Program-made: the position numbers and the translations under genes
Source of the DNA: Paraspadella gotoi
Lineage: Eukaryota > Animalia > Chaetognatha
Reading direction: 5' to 3'
Assembly: GCA_051294375.1 (NCBI GenBank)
Contig: CM119270.1
Location: 17,829,710-17,893,709 of the forward strand
Length of the DNA: 64,000 nucleotides
Shown here: in pieces, positions 13,121 through 26,128 of the stretch
Numbering within the stretch: the stretch's first letter is position 1
Layout: each line of letters starts with the position of its first letter
The notes under the pieces: generated by a model
Told to the model about the DNA's origin: nothing
The model's input: the letters and a program-made list of their open reading frames with translations, nothing else
Database searches by the model: none

Positions 13121-13439
13121 TCATCTCTTCCCGCCAAAAACGAGTCTTTCCATCCCGATGAACGGAGATTCGAAAACGAGAGAGGCGACGAACGCGACTC
13201 CGTAGCTTAGCAACGAAAGCCCCAAATAAACGCAAACGTAGATGGCGTCGCTGAAGACGACGGTGTCGCGCAAGTTTTGAACGAAAACTACGAGAACGAG
13301 GAAGTGAAAAAGATAGGTGGCGTAGTTGATGCGACTCAAAGGAGCGAAGAGGATCCAAGAGAGGGCGGTGTTGATCGGACCGCCGCTGCCGAGGGCGCAG
13401 GCGAAGATGACCCAAGAGACCGCGATGCCCCACACAGAT
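13121..13439 (-). CDS. nrf-6: NRF-6/OACYL-like acyltransferase, terminal exon 5
   Basis: AG|A TCT GTG TGG completes R-SVWGIAVSWVIFAC..GSGGPINTALSW..FAPLSRINYATYLFH...SLVFESPFIGMERL..KR*, the canonical C-terminus of the family. Stop TGA at 13121-13123. Confidence 0.92.
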
Positions 13440-13825
13440 CTTTTTTTTTTTTTTGTTGGGGGGGGGAGGGGGGGAGGAGGGAAATGAAATGGGACAATTT
13501 GGGACAATTTTCGATTATTATCATCTCGTTACGATAATTGTTCTAAATTAAGAAATGAATATATATGAAAAATTTTCTCTCTCTCTCTCTCTCTATCACT
13601 AAAAAAAAAGAAAATGAACCCTTCGAATAAATATATATTAAAATTTTATATGATTATTTATTTTTTTAAACAAGATGAAACTAAATGAAACTAAATGAAA
13701 CTAAATGAAACTAAATGAAACTAAACGAACGCCCATATTTCTATAGTAACCACATCTCCCCCTCGCTACAACGCTTAACAAAACATTTTTTTTTCAACAT
13801 AAATTATCACGTGGAAATTACAAAC

Positions 13826-14239
13826 CTGGAAAACGTCAAGTAAATAACATTGGCGGCCTTTGTGGGCGACGTCCTATTAACGTCGTAATCCGCGAGACCG
13901 TAGATGACGGCCAAAGCCAACGCCGCCGACAATGGCCCAACCGCAAAGGAACACGCACCAGTCTGATCGCGTTGGAATTCGTACAAGAAATAGCCAACGA
14001 CGATGCCGGCCAAATATGGGCCTATACGACACCATGGCCTCAGGTAAATATTTTGCATGGCTTGGGTCAAGCCAACGGTGAGGGCGCTGTTTTCGTTTAC
14101 ATAGACAATGGCGAACGTGGCGGCCAGACTGGCCGACCAAAATAAGCCGACGACGGCGAAGCCAAGGAATCGGTGGAATTTGAAAGCGAAGAGAAAAAGG
14201 GGAGATAAGATGAAGAATTGCATATCGTTTGCCAAATAC
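13826..14239 (-). CDS. nrf-6: NRF-6/OACYL-like acyltransferase, exon 4
   Basis: 414 nt, phase 2/2; acceptor aattccag|G and donor TCCAG|gtttgt. Encodes (W)YLANDMQFFILSPL...YLRPWCRIGPYLAGIVVGY...IYLTFSR (motifs WYLAxDMQ and YxxPWxRxxPYxxG). Confidence 0.92.
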
Positions 14240-14679
14240 CTGGAATTGGGGCCGAGATTGAAAAAAAATTTTTTTATCAGATTAAATATTCAAAAACTTT
14301 TTTTCATTCTTGTTCTGTAAATGATTTTAATTAAGATAAAAAAGAAAACAAACTTATTAGTCTAACGATCTCATAACTGACTTAATGGCAAGTTGGGGAC
14401 TTTGGCGTTTACACTTGACCCACAGGTAAGTATGAAGGCTTAAATATACCTGTGGCATGTCGGTGACAAGGTACGGATCAAAGTCCATAATTTTTACAAG
14501 AACAGTGAGATTCCCCGGTTATACCATTGCCCTTTGCCATTGCCTTACGTACTATATAAGAATAGCTTAGTCTGTTGCCCCGAAAACTTATGTATAACTT
14601 AATTCACGCAGCTATTTCTTCACATCACAAACATTTTACTAACTAGTAAAACCTGGTCCGAAGCCTTAAATTCACCCAC

Positions 14680-14943
14680 CAAACATGGCCGACGCATTCC
14701 ATATCTTGGTCCATGTTGTTGATGTAGAGTATGTTCATCCACCACTTGGAGCAAGTGTCTTTGGTGGGAATGCTCAAGGGACCCGTACTCATCATGGGGA
14801 TCAGGGTCACGTAGACCATCATCAAAAAGGCGACGGAGGGCGTAAGCCGAAGGGTATCGATGAAGGTACATCTTGCCAACCGTTTTGGGATGGAACTGAG
14901 CTGGGGTCTCTTTGGCCGTCGAATCCGTTTGAAGAATAAGTAG
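14680..14943 (-). CDS. nrf-6: NRF-6/OACYL-like acyltransferase, exon 3
   Basis: Acceptor aaatccag|C and donor GTTTG|gtgggt. Encodes YLFFKR...KMYLHRY(L)RLTPSVAFLMMVYVTLIPMMSTGPL...CSKWWMNILYINNM....CVGHVW (family motifs YxHRxxRLTP, WWxNxLYINN, CxxxxW). Contains a few single-base insertions. Confidence 0.88.
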
Positions 14944-15416
14944 CTGGATTTGGTGGAATGAATTGAAATTAATCAATCATCAATTATTAGTTGAATAAAT
15001 AATCATTGGGTAAATAAATAAGTAAATGAAAATAGAAGAAAGGAGAAATAATAAAATAAAAGAGAGAGAAAAAGAAAAATAACAAAGAAAAAAGAAAGAA
15101 AAAAAAAAAGAAAAAGAAATGAAAAAAAAGAAAAAAAAGAAAAGAAAAAAAAAGAAAAGAAAAATGAAAAGAAGAGAAATGAAAAGAAAAGAGAACAGAA
15201 AAGAACAGAAGAAAAGAACAGAAAAGAAAGAACAGAACAGGAAAAGAAAAGAAAAGAAAAGAAAAGAAAAGACAGAAAAGAACAAGAAAAGAAATGAAAA
15301 GAAAAGAAAAGAAAAGAGAAAAGAAAAAAGAAAGAAAAGAAAAGAGAAAGAAAAGAGAAATGAAAAGAAGAAAAAGAAAAGAAAAGAAAAGAAAAGAAAA
15401 GAAAGTATTAACTCAC

Positions 15417-16121
15417 GCCGTCAAGAATCCGCTCAAAACGAAAAAAGTACCACGGCGAAAGCCCATTCAAATCGGTTGAAAAGGAAATCCTCATCACGAC
15501 GTCGTCCACGAATCCGTACGCGATATTTTGTACGATATGTACCATCAAGAGTTCGTAACACGTGACCTCATGAGGACCCCAAGTGAGTGATATAAATCTA
15601 ATTCCGTTGATAGCAGGCGATGTCCGAAATCACGCGACGGGGGCGAGACAGCGAAAGGATTTTCCGTCGTTGGTCAAAGCGGAGAAGCAGAGAAGGAAAC
15701 TGTGAAGCAGCGGATAGTCGGCGTCGTCTTCCGGTCGTCGTCTTCGTCGTACGTGCCAAGGTCGTCTTCGCAGGCCTTCGCTCCAGAAGTTTGAAGGTGT
15801 TCCGTCCCCAAGCCTGAACCTTCAGATCGAGAAAGATGTAATCGTAAAGATGTCTCGCGCGATGAATCGTCAAAAGCGAAATGACGCCAAGAGCCCAGGG
15901 AAGACAAAGTCCGAACCAATTCCAGCGCCGGAGGATCCGAGGCGCTCGCGTCGACATTTTCCCGGCGCCAGAGTGACCGTTGGAGAAAAGGGCCAATTGC
16001 GGCCGCCTTTGACGCCCGGCTTTGAAGCGCCGCCTTCCATGGCCATGTTGGCGAGAATGAAGGCGTCGCTGGTCTGTTGCCAGACGTTGCGGGGAAGCAA
16101 GTTGCCCCACGAAGATTTGAC
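15417..16121 (-). CDS. nrf-6: NRF-6/OACYL-like acyltransferase, exon 2 (end of NRF domain, start of Acyl_transf_3); frameshifted by probable read errors
   Basis: Acceptor ctattcag|GTCAAA and donor TTGACGGC|gtgagt. Stitching frames gives G.TCFPAT(C)...YPLLHSFLLCFSALTN..KILSL...IAC(I)NGIRFISLTW..(GH)VYE...FAV.(T)FFVLSGFLTA, the family signatures NGIRxxSxxWVxxGH and VDTFFxLSG. Confidence 0.82.
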
Positions 16122-16237
16122 CTGAATAGTTTATTCTAATCTATTTAAATTTTAACATCGTTGGTTTTGATTAATTAATAATATATAATAATAATACATA
16201 ATAATAATAATAATAATAAATAATAATAATAATATTA

Positions 16238-16286
<49 letters not shown>

Positions 16287-16296
16287 TTAATTAATA

Positions 16297-16333
<37 letters not shown>

Positions 16334-16393
16334 TTACGTTTTAAAAAAATAAATGATAAAACATGATTTTAACCTAAATTATTATGCATATAT

Positions 16394-16658
16394 TGTGGCG
16401 GTATATTCACACCGCCTCAACGTCCCACCATCGTTCTAGCCAAACTCCATTGGCTCAGAGGGGGAACACAACACCAATCCCAAGCGTAGTGTTCCATCCA
16501 CAGTCCTAACGACTTCGCCATCTGCGTTGGCAAAAGCCAGACCGTCCTAGGGTAACCGCGCCAAGTGACTGAGAGGTTCACTGTGAACGGAAGCCCCAAA
16601 GCAACATTGAGAGATGCCCATCCCAATTGGCATCACAGGCAACCCGGCTGTTGCCATA
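16394..16658. mobile_element. LTR-like/MITE-like 265-bp insert in intron 1 (copies 20826-21090, 26183-26437)
   Basis: GC-richer island in an AT-rich intron with termini TGTGGC...GCCATA (one mismatch from a TG..CA inverted pair) and ATAT on both flanks. No clear TATA or polyA signal inside. Confidence 0.35.
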
Positions 16659-16803
16659 ATATATAAATGTAATAATTTTTTTTAAATTAACAATTGAAAG
16701 TATCTTTAAGTAAAAAGAAAATTAAATTTTAAAAAATGAGGGCAAATTTTCGAATAATTTTAGTTAATAACGGTTAAGAATTAATCGTTAGGAGGATCTT
16801 AAC

Positions 16804-17453
16804 CTGAGCCTTGGGTCCGCTTCAATCCCGGACCATTTTCGTAGCCAATCTCCCGTGAGCCATCAGAAAGGATAATTGAGACAATATACAGTGAGATGGA
16901 ATGCGAAGAAAGGCGCTGTCTAGTGCGTTTACTCGTCACAGTCCTTCATCGCCAACGATCACGTTGAGGGCATTCGTCAGCCCCCCGATAAGCTGCAAGG
17001 CCGCCCAAGAGGAACCCGTGAGCAAGCCGACGGGCAAGTCGAACGAAAAAAGTACGAAACAATGTCGAAGGCATTCTCCGGCATGTTGATACGTCAGGAA
17101 TTTCGACGTCCAGAAGATCAAACCTCTAGGAAAATACCGATTTCGCAATCAAGGAATTGAGGCGAGGATGAAGAAACAATGCTCGACGGCGGGCACGATC
17201 GGCAGCATCGACGGCCGCAGAGAGCCGCAGCGTCGAATCCGCTCTGAGGAGAAAACGGCCGCCCGGTCTTCAAACCGCCTCACGCCGTACGACAGGGCGG
17301 GCGGGGCTCAACCAAAGCTAGCGCCGCCGATCAAAAGGCTCAGAAGAAACCGGCGAATCGTCGACCGCCGATTGATGACGCCGGACGGCGCCGGTAGGGC
17401 GAGAAAGAAGCGCGGAGAAAGAGGAGAGGGGCGGCGCTCAACCGGCGACCATT
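16804..17453 (-). other. Indel-riddled copy of NRF-6-like exon 1 (copy A; probable raw long-read sequence)
   Basis: Collinear with 26579-27097, with the same donor context (GCTCAG|gt), but ~25% longer owing to scattered insertions; no intact frame. Confidence 0.8.
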
Positions 17454-19276
17454 GATTCGTAGACAATACTTTCTTTATTTCGCTGCTCCTCGATTTAATT
17501 TATATTTTTGAGTTATTAAGGATTAAGCCTTATTTTAAATTTTGTGGGAATTATTCTTTCTTTTCAAGTGGCGCCGTCGTTTGCCGGCTCTAATGTAGGG
17601 GCGTCTAGAAATTATCTGCACTAGCCCTGCCGGCGGCAATAAAAAGAAGTAGCACTTGTTAGCTTAAAAATACCCGCATAATTTTTTTTCCAATTTAGAA
17701 AATATTATTTTAAATTTAAGCCGAAACATGTTACGTCCCTATCGTGTACAATAAATATCGTTTTGCCTAAACAAATCGTCAAAGCTTCTTCACTACTAAT
17801 TTTCAAACCAACGAAACGAAAGAATAAATCTTGCGAATGAGAACTGTAACTATTTTTATAAATTTAAAAAGCTACTCGCATGGCAGATCGGCGGCGTAAG
17901 AAAAAAATTAATGGAGTTCAGGCAGTTAGCAAGCGACCCTTGGCAATACGCCTGCCTCTCTAAATCCGAAGCAGGTTCGAAAACAGAATGGGAAATGATT
18001 GTTTGGAGGTTAAGTTGAAATGATAACTTTTTTTTTCTGACTGATGATTAAAATTGTTTTTCTATAACTAGTTTTTCTTATTTAATTTTAATTGATTTTG
18101 TCAAAAATGCAAAATTTTCATAAAGTCATTGACATCTTGTGATTTTTTTGTACAAATCGAATTTTGAACGTCCTATATAACTTTTTGAATGCTTTTAAAC
18201 TGCGATGTTATTGGGACTTGACCATTGCTTCCATCTTTAAATAAGCTTTATTTTAAAGTGTTTATATATCTTAAAGAATTCATTAACATCCAATGCGGTT
18301 TTTTCAATGTGTAAAAAGTGGCTACTTTTTTTTGCCGCCGCAGTGTATTTGCGGTCACGCACCGGCTTGAATCGCGAACGATCGAAAAGTAAAAGTCGAG
18401 AAAAGGTATTTTCTTTTTTTTTTTTAAGTCGATCTGCTTATCGCAGATTCGACTCTAATTAATCTTGTCGGTTATTCACTTACATCATGGTCAGAACTAT
18501 AAAAGTTTCGTTGGAATCGAGAATTTGCATGAAAAAATAAACAAATATTATGCTTACTCATAAATGTTTTAATTATTTAAAATTTGATTTCTAAATCACG
18601 AATAAAATTTTGCATGTGGATAGGAAAATGTTCTGAATTTAATAGTAGATTAAAGTTTTCGACGAAATCTTGGGAGGTCGGAAATGGAAAAAAAAGTAAG
18701 TTTCACTTGAAAGTTGTTTTAAGTTTCTCTCTCTGCTTCGCTCTTGCGCTCTCGCTCTCTCTCTCTCTCTACTCTCTCTCTCTCTCTCTGCAAGTTAAAA
18801 CAATTATATAATTTATATATAATATAAATTAATATATATATTAATTATATAATTATAAATTTATATAATATATATATTTATATAAGATACCAAGTCGAAA
18901 AAATCAACGCGAATTTTCTCTGGCTCTACTCTCTCTCATCTCTCTCATTCTCTCGTCTCTCTTCTCTCTCCTCTCTCTTCTCTCTCTCTCATCTCTCTCT
19001 CTCTCTCTTGAGTCTCCCTCTTTGCGGAACCTGTTCAAGGATGTCTTTTCAAAATGGTTTCCCTGTACGATTGAAAAAACCGGTACAAAAATTAGATAAA
19101 GAAACTTTCGAATATCGGACCAAAATCAACGAAAAGAGGGAGAGAGAGAATTGACCAACTAAAAAAGTTCACGGATCAACGAGGCGAATTCTCTTCAGCT
19201 CTCTCTGTCTCGCTCTCCCTCTCCTCTCATTCTATATATACCCATTCTATTNNNNNNNNNNNNNNNNNNNNNNNNN

Positions 19277-20669
19277 GGTACATCTTGCCAACCGTTTTGG
19301 GGATGGAACGAGCTGGGGTCTCTTTGCCGTCGAATCGTTTGAAGAATAAGTAGCTGGATTTGGGTGGAATGAATTGAAATTAATCAATCAATCAATTATT
19401 AGTTGAATAAATAATCATTGGGTAAATGAATAAGTAAATGAAAAATAGAAGAAGGAGATAATAAAATAAAAAAGAGAGAGAAAAAGAAAAATAACAAAGA
19501 AAAAAGAAAGAAAGATAAAAATAAAAAAAGAAATGAAAAAAAAGAAAAAAAAGAAAAAAGAAAAAAAATTAAAAGAAAAGAAAAATGAAAAGAAATGAAG
19601 AAAGAGAAATGAAAAGAAAAAGAACAGAAAAGAACAGAAAAGAAAAGAACAGAAAAGAAAGAACAGAACAGGAAAAGAAAAGAAAAGAAAAGAAAAGAAA
19701 AGACAGAAAAGAACAAGAAAAGAAATGAAAAGAAAAGAAAAGAAAAGAGAAAAGAAAAAAGAAAGAAAAGAAAAGAGAAAGAAAAGAGAAATGAAAAGAA
19801 GAAAAAGAAAAGAAAAGAAAAGAAAAGAAAAGAAAGTATTAACTCACGCCGTCAAGAATCCGCTCAAAACGAAAAAAGTACCACGGCGAAAGCCCATTCA
19901 AATCGGTTGAAAAGGAAATCCTCATCACGACGTCGTCCACGAATCCGTACGCGATATTTTGTACGATATGTACCATCAAGAGTTCGTAACACGTGACCAC
20001 ATGAGGACCCCAAGTGAGTGATATAAATCTAATTCCGTTGATAGCAGGCGATGTCCGAAATCACGCGACGGGGGCCGAGACAGCGAAAGGATTTTCCGTC
20101 GTTGGTCAAAGCGGAGAAGCAGAGAAGGAAACTGTGAAGCAGCGGATAGTCGGCGTCGTCTTCCGGTCGTCGTCTTCGTCGTTCGTGCCAAGGTCGTCTT
20201 CGCAGGCCTTCGCTCCAGAAGTTTGAAGGTGTTCCGTCCCCAAGGCCTGAACCTTCAGATCGAGAAAGATGTAATCGTAAAGATGTCTCGCGCGATGAAT
20301 CGTCAAAAGCGAAATGACGCCAAGAGCCCAGGGAAGACAAAGTCCGAACCAATTCCAGCGCCGGAGGATCCGAGGCGCTCGCGTCGACATTTTCCCGGCG
20401 CCAGAGTGACCGTTGGAGAAAAGGGCCAATTGCGGCGCCTTTGACGCCCGGCTTTGAAGCGCCGCCTTCCATGGCCATGTTGGCGAGAATGAAGGCGTCG
20501 CTGGTCTGTTGCCAGACGTTGCGGGGAAGCAAGTTGCCCCACGAAGATTTGACCTGAATAGTTTATTCTAATCTATTTAAATTTTAACATCGTTGGTTTT
20601 GATTAATTAATAATATATAATAATAATACATAATAATAATAATAATAATAAATAATAATAATAATATTA

Positions 20670-20718
<49 letters not shown>

Positions 20719-20728
20719 TTAATTAATA

Positions 20729-20765
<37 letters not shown>

Positions 20766-23692
20766 TTAAGTTTTAAAAAAATAAATGATAAAACATGATT
20801 TTAACCTAAATTATTATGCATATATTGTGGCGGTATATTCACACCGCCTCAACGTCCCACCATCAGTTCTAGCCAAATCCATTGGCTCAGAGGGGGAACA
20901 CAACACCAATCCCAAGCGTAGTGTTCCATCCACAGTCCTAACGACTTCGCCATCTGCGTTGGCAAAAGCCAGACCGTCCTAGGGTAACCGCGCCAAGTGA
21001 CTGAGAGGTTCACTGTGAACGGAAGCCCCAAAGCAACATTGAGAGATGCCCATCCCAATTGGCATCACAGGCAACCCGGCTGTTGCCATAATATATAAAT
21101 GTAATAATTTTTTTTAAATTAACAATTGAAAGTATCTTTAAGTAAAAAGAAAATTAAATTTTAAAAAATGAGGGCAAATTTTCGAATAATTTTAGTTAAT
21201 AACGGTTAAGAATTAATCGTTAGGAGGATCTTAACCTGAGCCTTGGGTCCGCTTCAATTCCCGGACCATTTTTGCTACAATCTCCGCGATACACTCAAGA
21301 AGGATAATTGAGACAATATCAGTGTAGATAAAGCAGAGAAAACGGACACACCTGTCAGTCGTTTACTCGTCCACATCCTTCATCGCCAATCGATCCACGT
21401 TGAGGGCATTCGTCGAAGCCTCCCCGATAAGCTAGCAATGGCCCGCCCAAGAGGAACCCGTGGCAAGGCCGGCGGCATGTCAGAAAACGAAAAAAAGTAC
21501 AGAAACAAATGAATCGAGTGCATTCTTACCGGATGTCTGAGTCAGGAATTTCGCCGGTCCAGAAGATCAATACCCGATAGGATAAATTACGATTCGCAAT
21601 CACAGGAATTGGCGCAGGAGTGAAGAACAATGCCTCGGACGGCGGCGCAGATGGGCAGCATCGACGGCCGCAGAGAGACGCTAAGCCGTCGAATCCGCTC
21701 TGCAGGAGAAAACGCGCTGCCGAGCTTCAAACGCTACCCGTACGACGGGCGGCGGGCGGCGTCACCAAAGCCGGCGCCGTCAAAAGGCTCGAAAAACCGG
21801 CGAATCGCAGACCGCCCGATTTGACGCGGCGGCGCCGGCCTAGTGGCGAGAAGAAGCGCGGAGAAAGAGGCACGAGGGGCGGCCCGCTCAACTCGCGGCG
21901 ACCATTTTCGAGACATACTCTTTTTATTTCGTGCTCTCGATATTAATTTATATTTTTGAGTTATTGAAGGAATTAAGCTTATTATAATTTTGTGGATTAT
22001 TTCCTTTTCAGTGGCAGCGTGCCTTTGGGTCTAATGTCAGGGTCGCGTTGAGAATTATCGTCCACTAGCCCTGCCGGCGGCAAAAAAAGGAGTAGCCACT
22101 TGTTAGCTTTAAAATACCCGCCATATTTTTTTTTCATTTAAGAAAATATTATCTTGAAATTTAAGCCGAACATCACTTGACGTCCTATGATCCAAATAAA
22201 TATCGTTTTGCTAAAACAAATCTCAAAGACTTCTTCCTACGTAATTTCAAACACAAGAAACGAAATAATGAAAATTGCGATGAGAATGTAACCTATTTTT
22301 GGATAATTTATAAAAAGCTACTCGCGCATGGCGACGGGAAAGAAAAAAAATTAATGGATTCAGTGCAGTCTGCCAACGTACTTGGCAATACCTGCCCCTT
22401 TAAATCCGAAGCAGGTTCGGAAAACAGAATGGGAAATGATTGTTTGGAGGTTAAGTTGAAATGATAACTTTTTTTTTCTGACTGATGATTAAAATTGTTT
22501 TTCTATAACTAGTTTTTCTTATTTAATTTTAATTGATTTTGTCAAAAATGCAAAATTTTCATAAAGTCATTGACATCTTGTGATTTTTTTGTACAAATCG
22601 AATTTTGAACGTCCTATATAACTTTTTGAATGCTTTTAAACTGCGATGTTATTGGGACTTGACCATTGCTTCCATCTTTAAATAAGCTTTATTTTAAAGT
22701 GTTTATATATCTTAAAGAATTCATTAACATCCAATGCGGTTTTTTCAATGTGTAAAAAGTGGCTACTTTTTTTTGCCGCCGCAGTGTATTTGCGGTCACG
22801 CACCGGCTTGAATCGCGAACGATCGAAAAGTAAAAGTCGAGAAAAGGTATTTTCTTTTTTTTTTTTAAGTCGATCTGCTTATCGCAGATTCGACTCTAAT
22901 TAATCTTGTCGGTTATTCACTTACATCATGGTCAGAACTATAAAAGTTTCGTTGGAATCGAGAATTTGCATGAAAAAATAAACAAATATTATGCTTACTC
23001 ATAAATGTTTTAATTATTTAAAATTTGATTTCTAAATCACGAATAAAATTTTGCATGTGGATAGGAAAATGTTCTGAATTTAATAGTAGATTAAAGTTTT
23101 CGACGAAATCTTGGGAGGTCGGAAATGGAAAAAAAAGTAAGTTTCACTTGAAAGTTGTTTTAAGTTTCTCTCTCTGCTTCGCTCTTGCGCTCTCGCTCTC
23201 TCTCTCTCTCTACTCTCTCTCTCTCTCTCTGCAAGTTAAAACAATTATATAATTTATATATAATATAAATTAATATATATATTAATTATATAATTATAAA
23301 TTTATATAATATATATATTTATATAAGATACCAAGTCGAAAAAATCAACGCGAATTTTCTCTGGCTCTACTCTCTCTCATCTCTCTCATTCTCTCGTCTC
23401 TCTTCTCTCTCCTCTCTCTTCTCTCTCTCTCATCTCTCTCTCTCTCTCTTGAGTCTCCCTCTTTGCGGAACCTGTTCAAGGATGTCTTTTCAAAATGGTT
23501 TCCCTGTACGATTGAAAAAACCGGTACAAAAATTAGATAAAGAAACTTTCGAATATCGGACCAAAATCAACGAAAAGAGGGAGAGAGAGAATTGACCAAC
23601 TAAAAAAGTTCACGGATCAACGAGGCGAATTCTCTTCAGCTCTCTCTGTCTCGCTCTCCCTCTCCTCTCATTCTATATATACCCATTCTATT
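19277..23692 (-). repeat. Copy B of the NRF-6-like 5' half (partial exon 3 19277-19353, exon 2 19848-20553, noisy exon 1 ~21236-21906, upstream region)
   Basis: Direct repeat of 14865-19251, bounded by 25-N gaps at 19252-19276 and 23693-23717. Long stretches look identical to copy A, including idiosyncratic variants. Confidence 0.9.
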
Positions 23693-26092
23693 NNNNNNNN
23701 NNNNNNNNNNNNNNNNNAAGAAAAAAGAAATGAAAAGAAAAGAAAAGAAAAGAGAAATGAAAAGAAAAGAGAAATGAAAAGAAAAGAACAGAAAAGAACA
23801 GAAAAGAAAAGAACAGAAAAGAAAAGAACAGAACGTTTGTGGCAAAGAAAAACAACTCAGACGTGTTGTTTTTATTTTCAGATACAATCTCTTAAAGATA
23901 TGTCAAAAAACACTCTTATTTCATTACTTGCTTCTGTCAAATGATTTCTAATTAAAGGATAAAAAAAACTATGAAACAAACTTATTAGTTCTAGACCGAT
24001 GCTTCATATAACTGAACTAATGGCACAAGTTGGGGACTTTTGCTGATTTAACAGTTGACCCCACAGGTAAGCTGAGAGAAGGATCTTAAATATACACTGT
24101 GGCATGTCGGCTGACAGAGGTACGTGATCAAAGTCCATGAATTTTGTACAGAGAACAGTGGAGGATTCCCGCGGTGTAAATACCCATTGACCCTTGCCAT
24201 TGACCCTGTACGTAGCTATATAAGAATAGCTTAGTCTGTTGCCGCCGAAAACTTAATGCTATAACTTAATTTCACGCAGAGCTATATTCTTCACATCACC
24301 AAAACATCTTTACTACACTAGTAAAACCTGCGTCGAAGCCTTTAAATTCACTCCACACAAACATGGGCCGACGCATTCCACTTATCTTGTCCATGTTGTT
24401 TGATGGCTGAGTACGATGTTCATTAGCCACCACTTGGGAGCCAGTGTCTCTTGGTGGGAAATGCTGCCAAGGACCCGACTCATCAATGGGGATCAGGGTT
24501 CACGTAGATCATCATCAATAAAGGCGACGGAGGAGCGTAGCCGAAGGTATCGATGAAGGTCATATCTTGCCCAACCGTTTTGGGGATGGAACGATGCTGG
24601 GGGGTCTCTTTTGCGCCGTCGAAGTGCGTTTTAAGAATAAGTTAGCTGGAGTTTGCGGTGGACATGAATTGAAACTTAATCAATGCAATCCAATTAATTA
24701 GTTTGGAGATTTAATCGAATAGTAAAATGAATAATTAATATAGAAAATAGAAGAAGGAGATTAATAAAATAAAAAAGCAGATAGAATAAAGAATAAATAA
24801 CAAAAAAAAAGAACAAGAAAGAAAGAAAAAAGAAATAAAAGAGCATAGAAACGAGAAAAGAAAAGAAAAGAAAAGAGACAATGGAAATAGAATAGAAGAA
24901 AACAAAAGAAAAGCGAAAAGAAAAGAACAGAAAAAGATAAAAAGAAAAAGAAACAGAAAGCAAAGCAAAAGCAAAAAGCCAAGCAAAGCAAAGCAAATCT
25001 CAAAGCAAAGCAAAAGCAAAGCAAAAGCAAGCAAATCAAAGCAAACGCAACAGCTAAAGCAAAAATGCAAAGCCAAAGCAAAGCAAAAGCAAAGCAAAGC
25101 AAAGCGAAAGCAAAAAGCAATAGCAAAAGTCAATTAACTCACGCCTGTCAAGCAAATCCGCTTCAAATAACGAAAAATTATATTCCACGGCGCAGAAGCT
25201 CCATTCAAAATCGCGTTGAAAGGAAATCCTCAATCGACGTCGTCACGATATCCGTACGGATATTTTGCTACGATATGTACCATTCTAAGCATGTTCGTAC
25301 ACGTGACCCATGAGGCCAACGTGAGTGATACTTAAATCTAATCCCGTTGATAGCAGGTCGATAATCCGAAATTCACGTTGACGGGCGCGAAGGCGAAAGG
25401 AATTTTCCCAGTCCGTTGGGTCGAACAGCGTGCAGAAGCAGAGAAAAAGAAAACTTGCAAGGCAGCCGGACATGAGTCGGCGTCGTCATTCGTTCGTCGT
25501 CTTCGTTACCGTCGCGCCAAGGTGTCTTCGCAGCCTTCGTTCATAACGGTTTTGAATGTTCCGTCCCCAATCCTTGAACCTTTTCACGATCGAGAAAGAT
25601 GTATCGTAGAAGAGTCGCGATGAACCGTCAAAGCGAACGATTGACGCCGGAAGACGCCCAGTGAAGACAAAGGTCGCCAACCATTCCAGCCCGGAGGATC
25701 CGCCAGGCGCTCTTCTCGACATTTTCCGGCGCCAGAGTGACGTTGGAGAAAAGGGCCAATTGCGCGCGGCCTTTTTGACCGCCGCGGCCTTTTGAGCGCC
25801 GCCTTTCCCCATGCCATGTTGGCCGAGACATGGAAAGACGTGCCTGTTCGTTTGCAGACTTGCGGGGACTAGCAACGTTGCCCCACGAAGACTTTGACCT
25901 GAAGTAGAGTTTATTACTATTTCTATTTAAATTTTTCTAACATCGTTGGTTTTGGATTAATTAATAATAATAATAATAAATAATAATAATAATGAATTAA
26001 TCAATACATAAATCAATAATTAATAATAATAATAATAATTCACATAACTTAATAAAATAATACTAATNNNNNNNNNNNNNNNNNNNNNNNNN

Positions 26093-26128
<36 letters not shown>

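Noticed and set aside
14423-14433. U1 snRNA gene (ATACTTACCTG on minus strand)
   Set aside because: Only the first 11 nt match. The U1 stem-loop I (GATCACGAAG), stem-loop II (ATTGCAC) and Sm site are absent downstream.
16417-16626. 69-aa ORF MGWASLNVALGLPF... as an extra exon or nested gene (copies 20849-21058, 26240-26470)
   Set aside because: Exon 1 (phase 0) appears to join exon 2 directly without it; no recognisable motif or convincing splice sites; it lies within the LTR-like insert.
16804-25898. Cluster of NRF-6 pseudogenes or paralogues
   Set aside because: Differences are almost all single-base insertions, introns and flanks are otherwise the same, and copies are delimited by 25-N gaps. 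This is better explained by unpolished reads.
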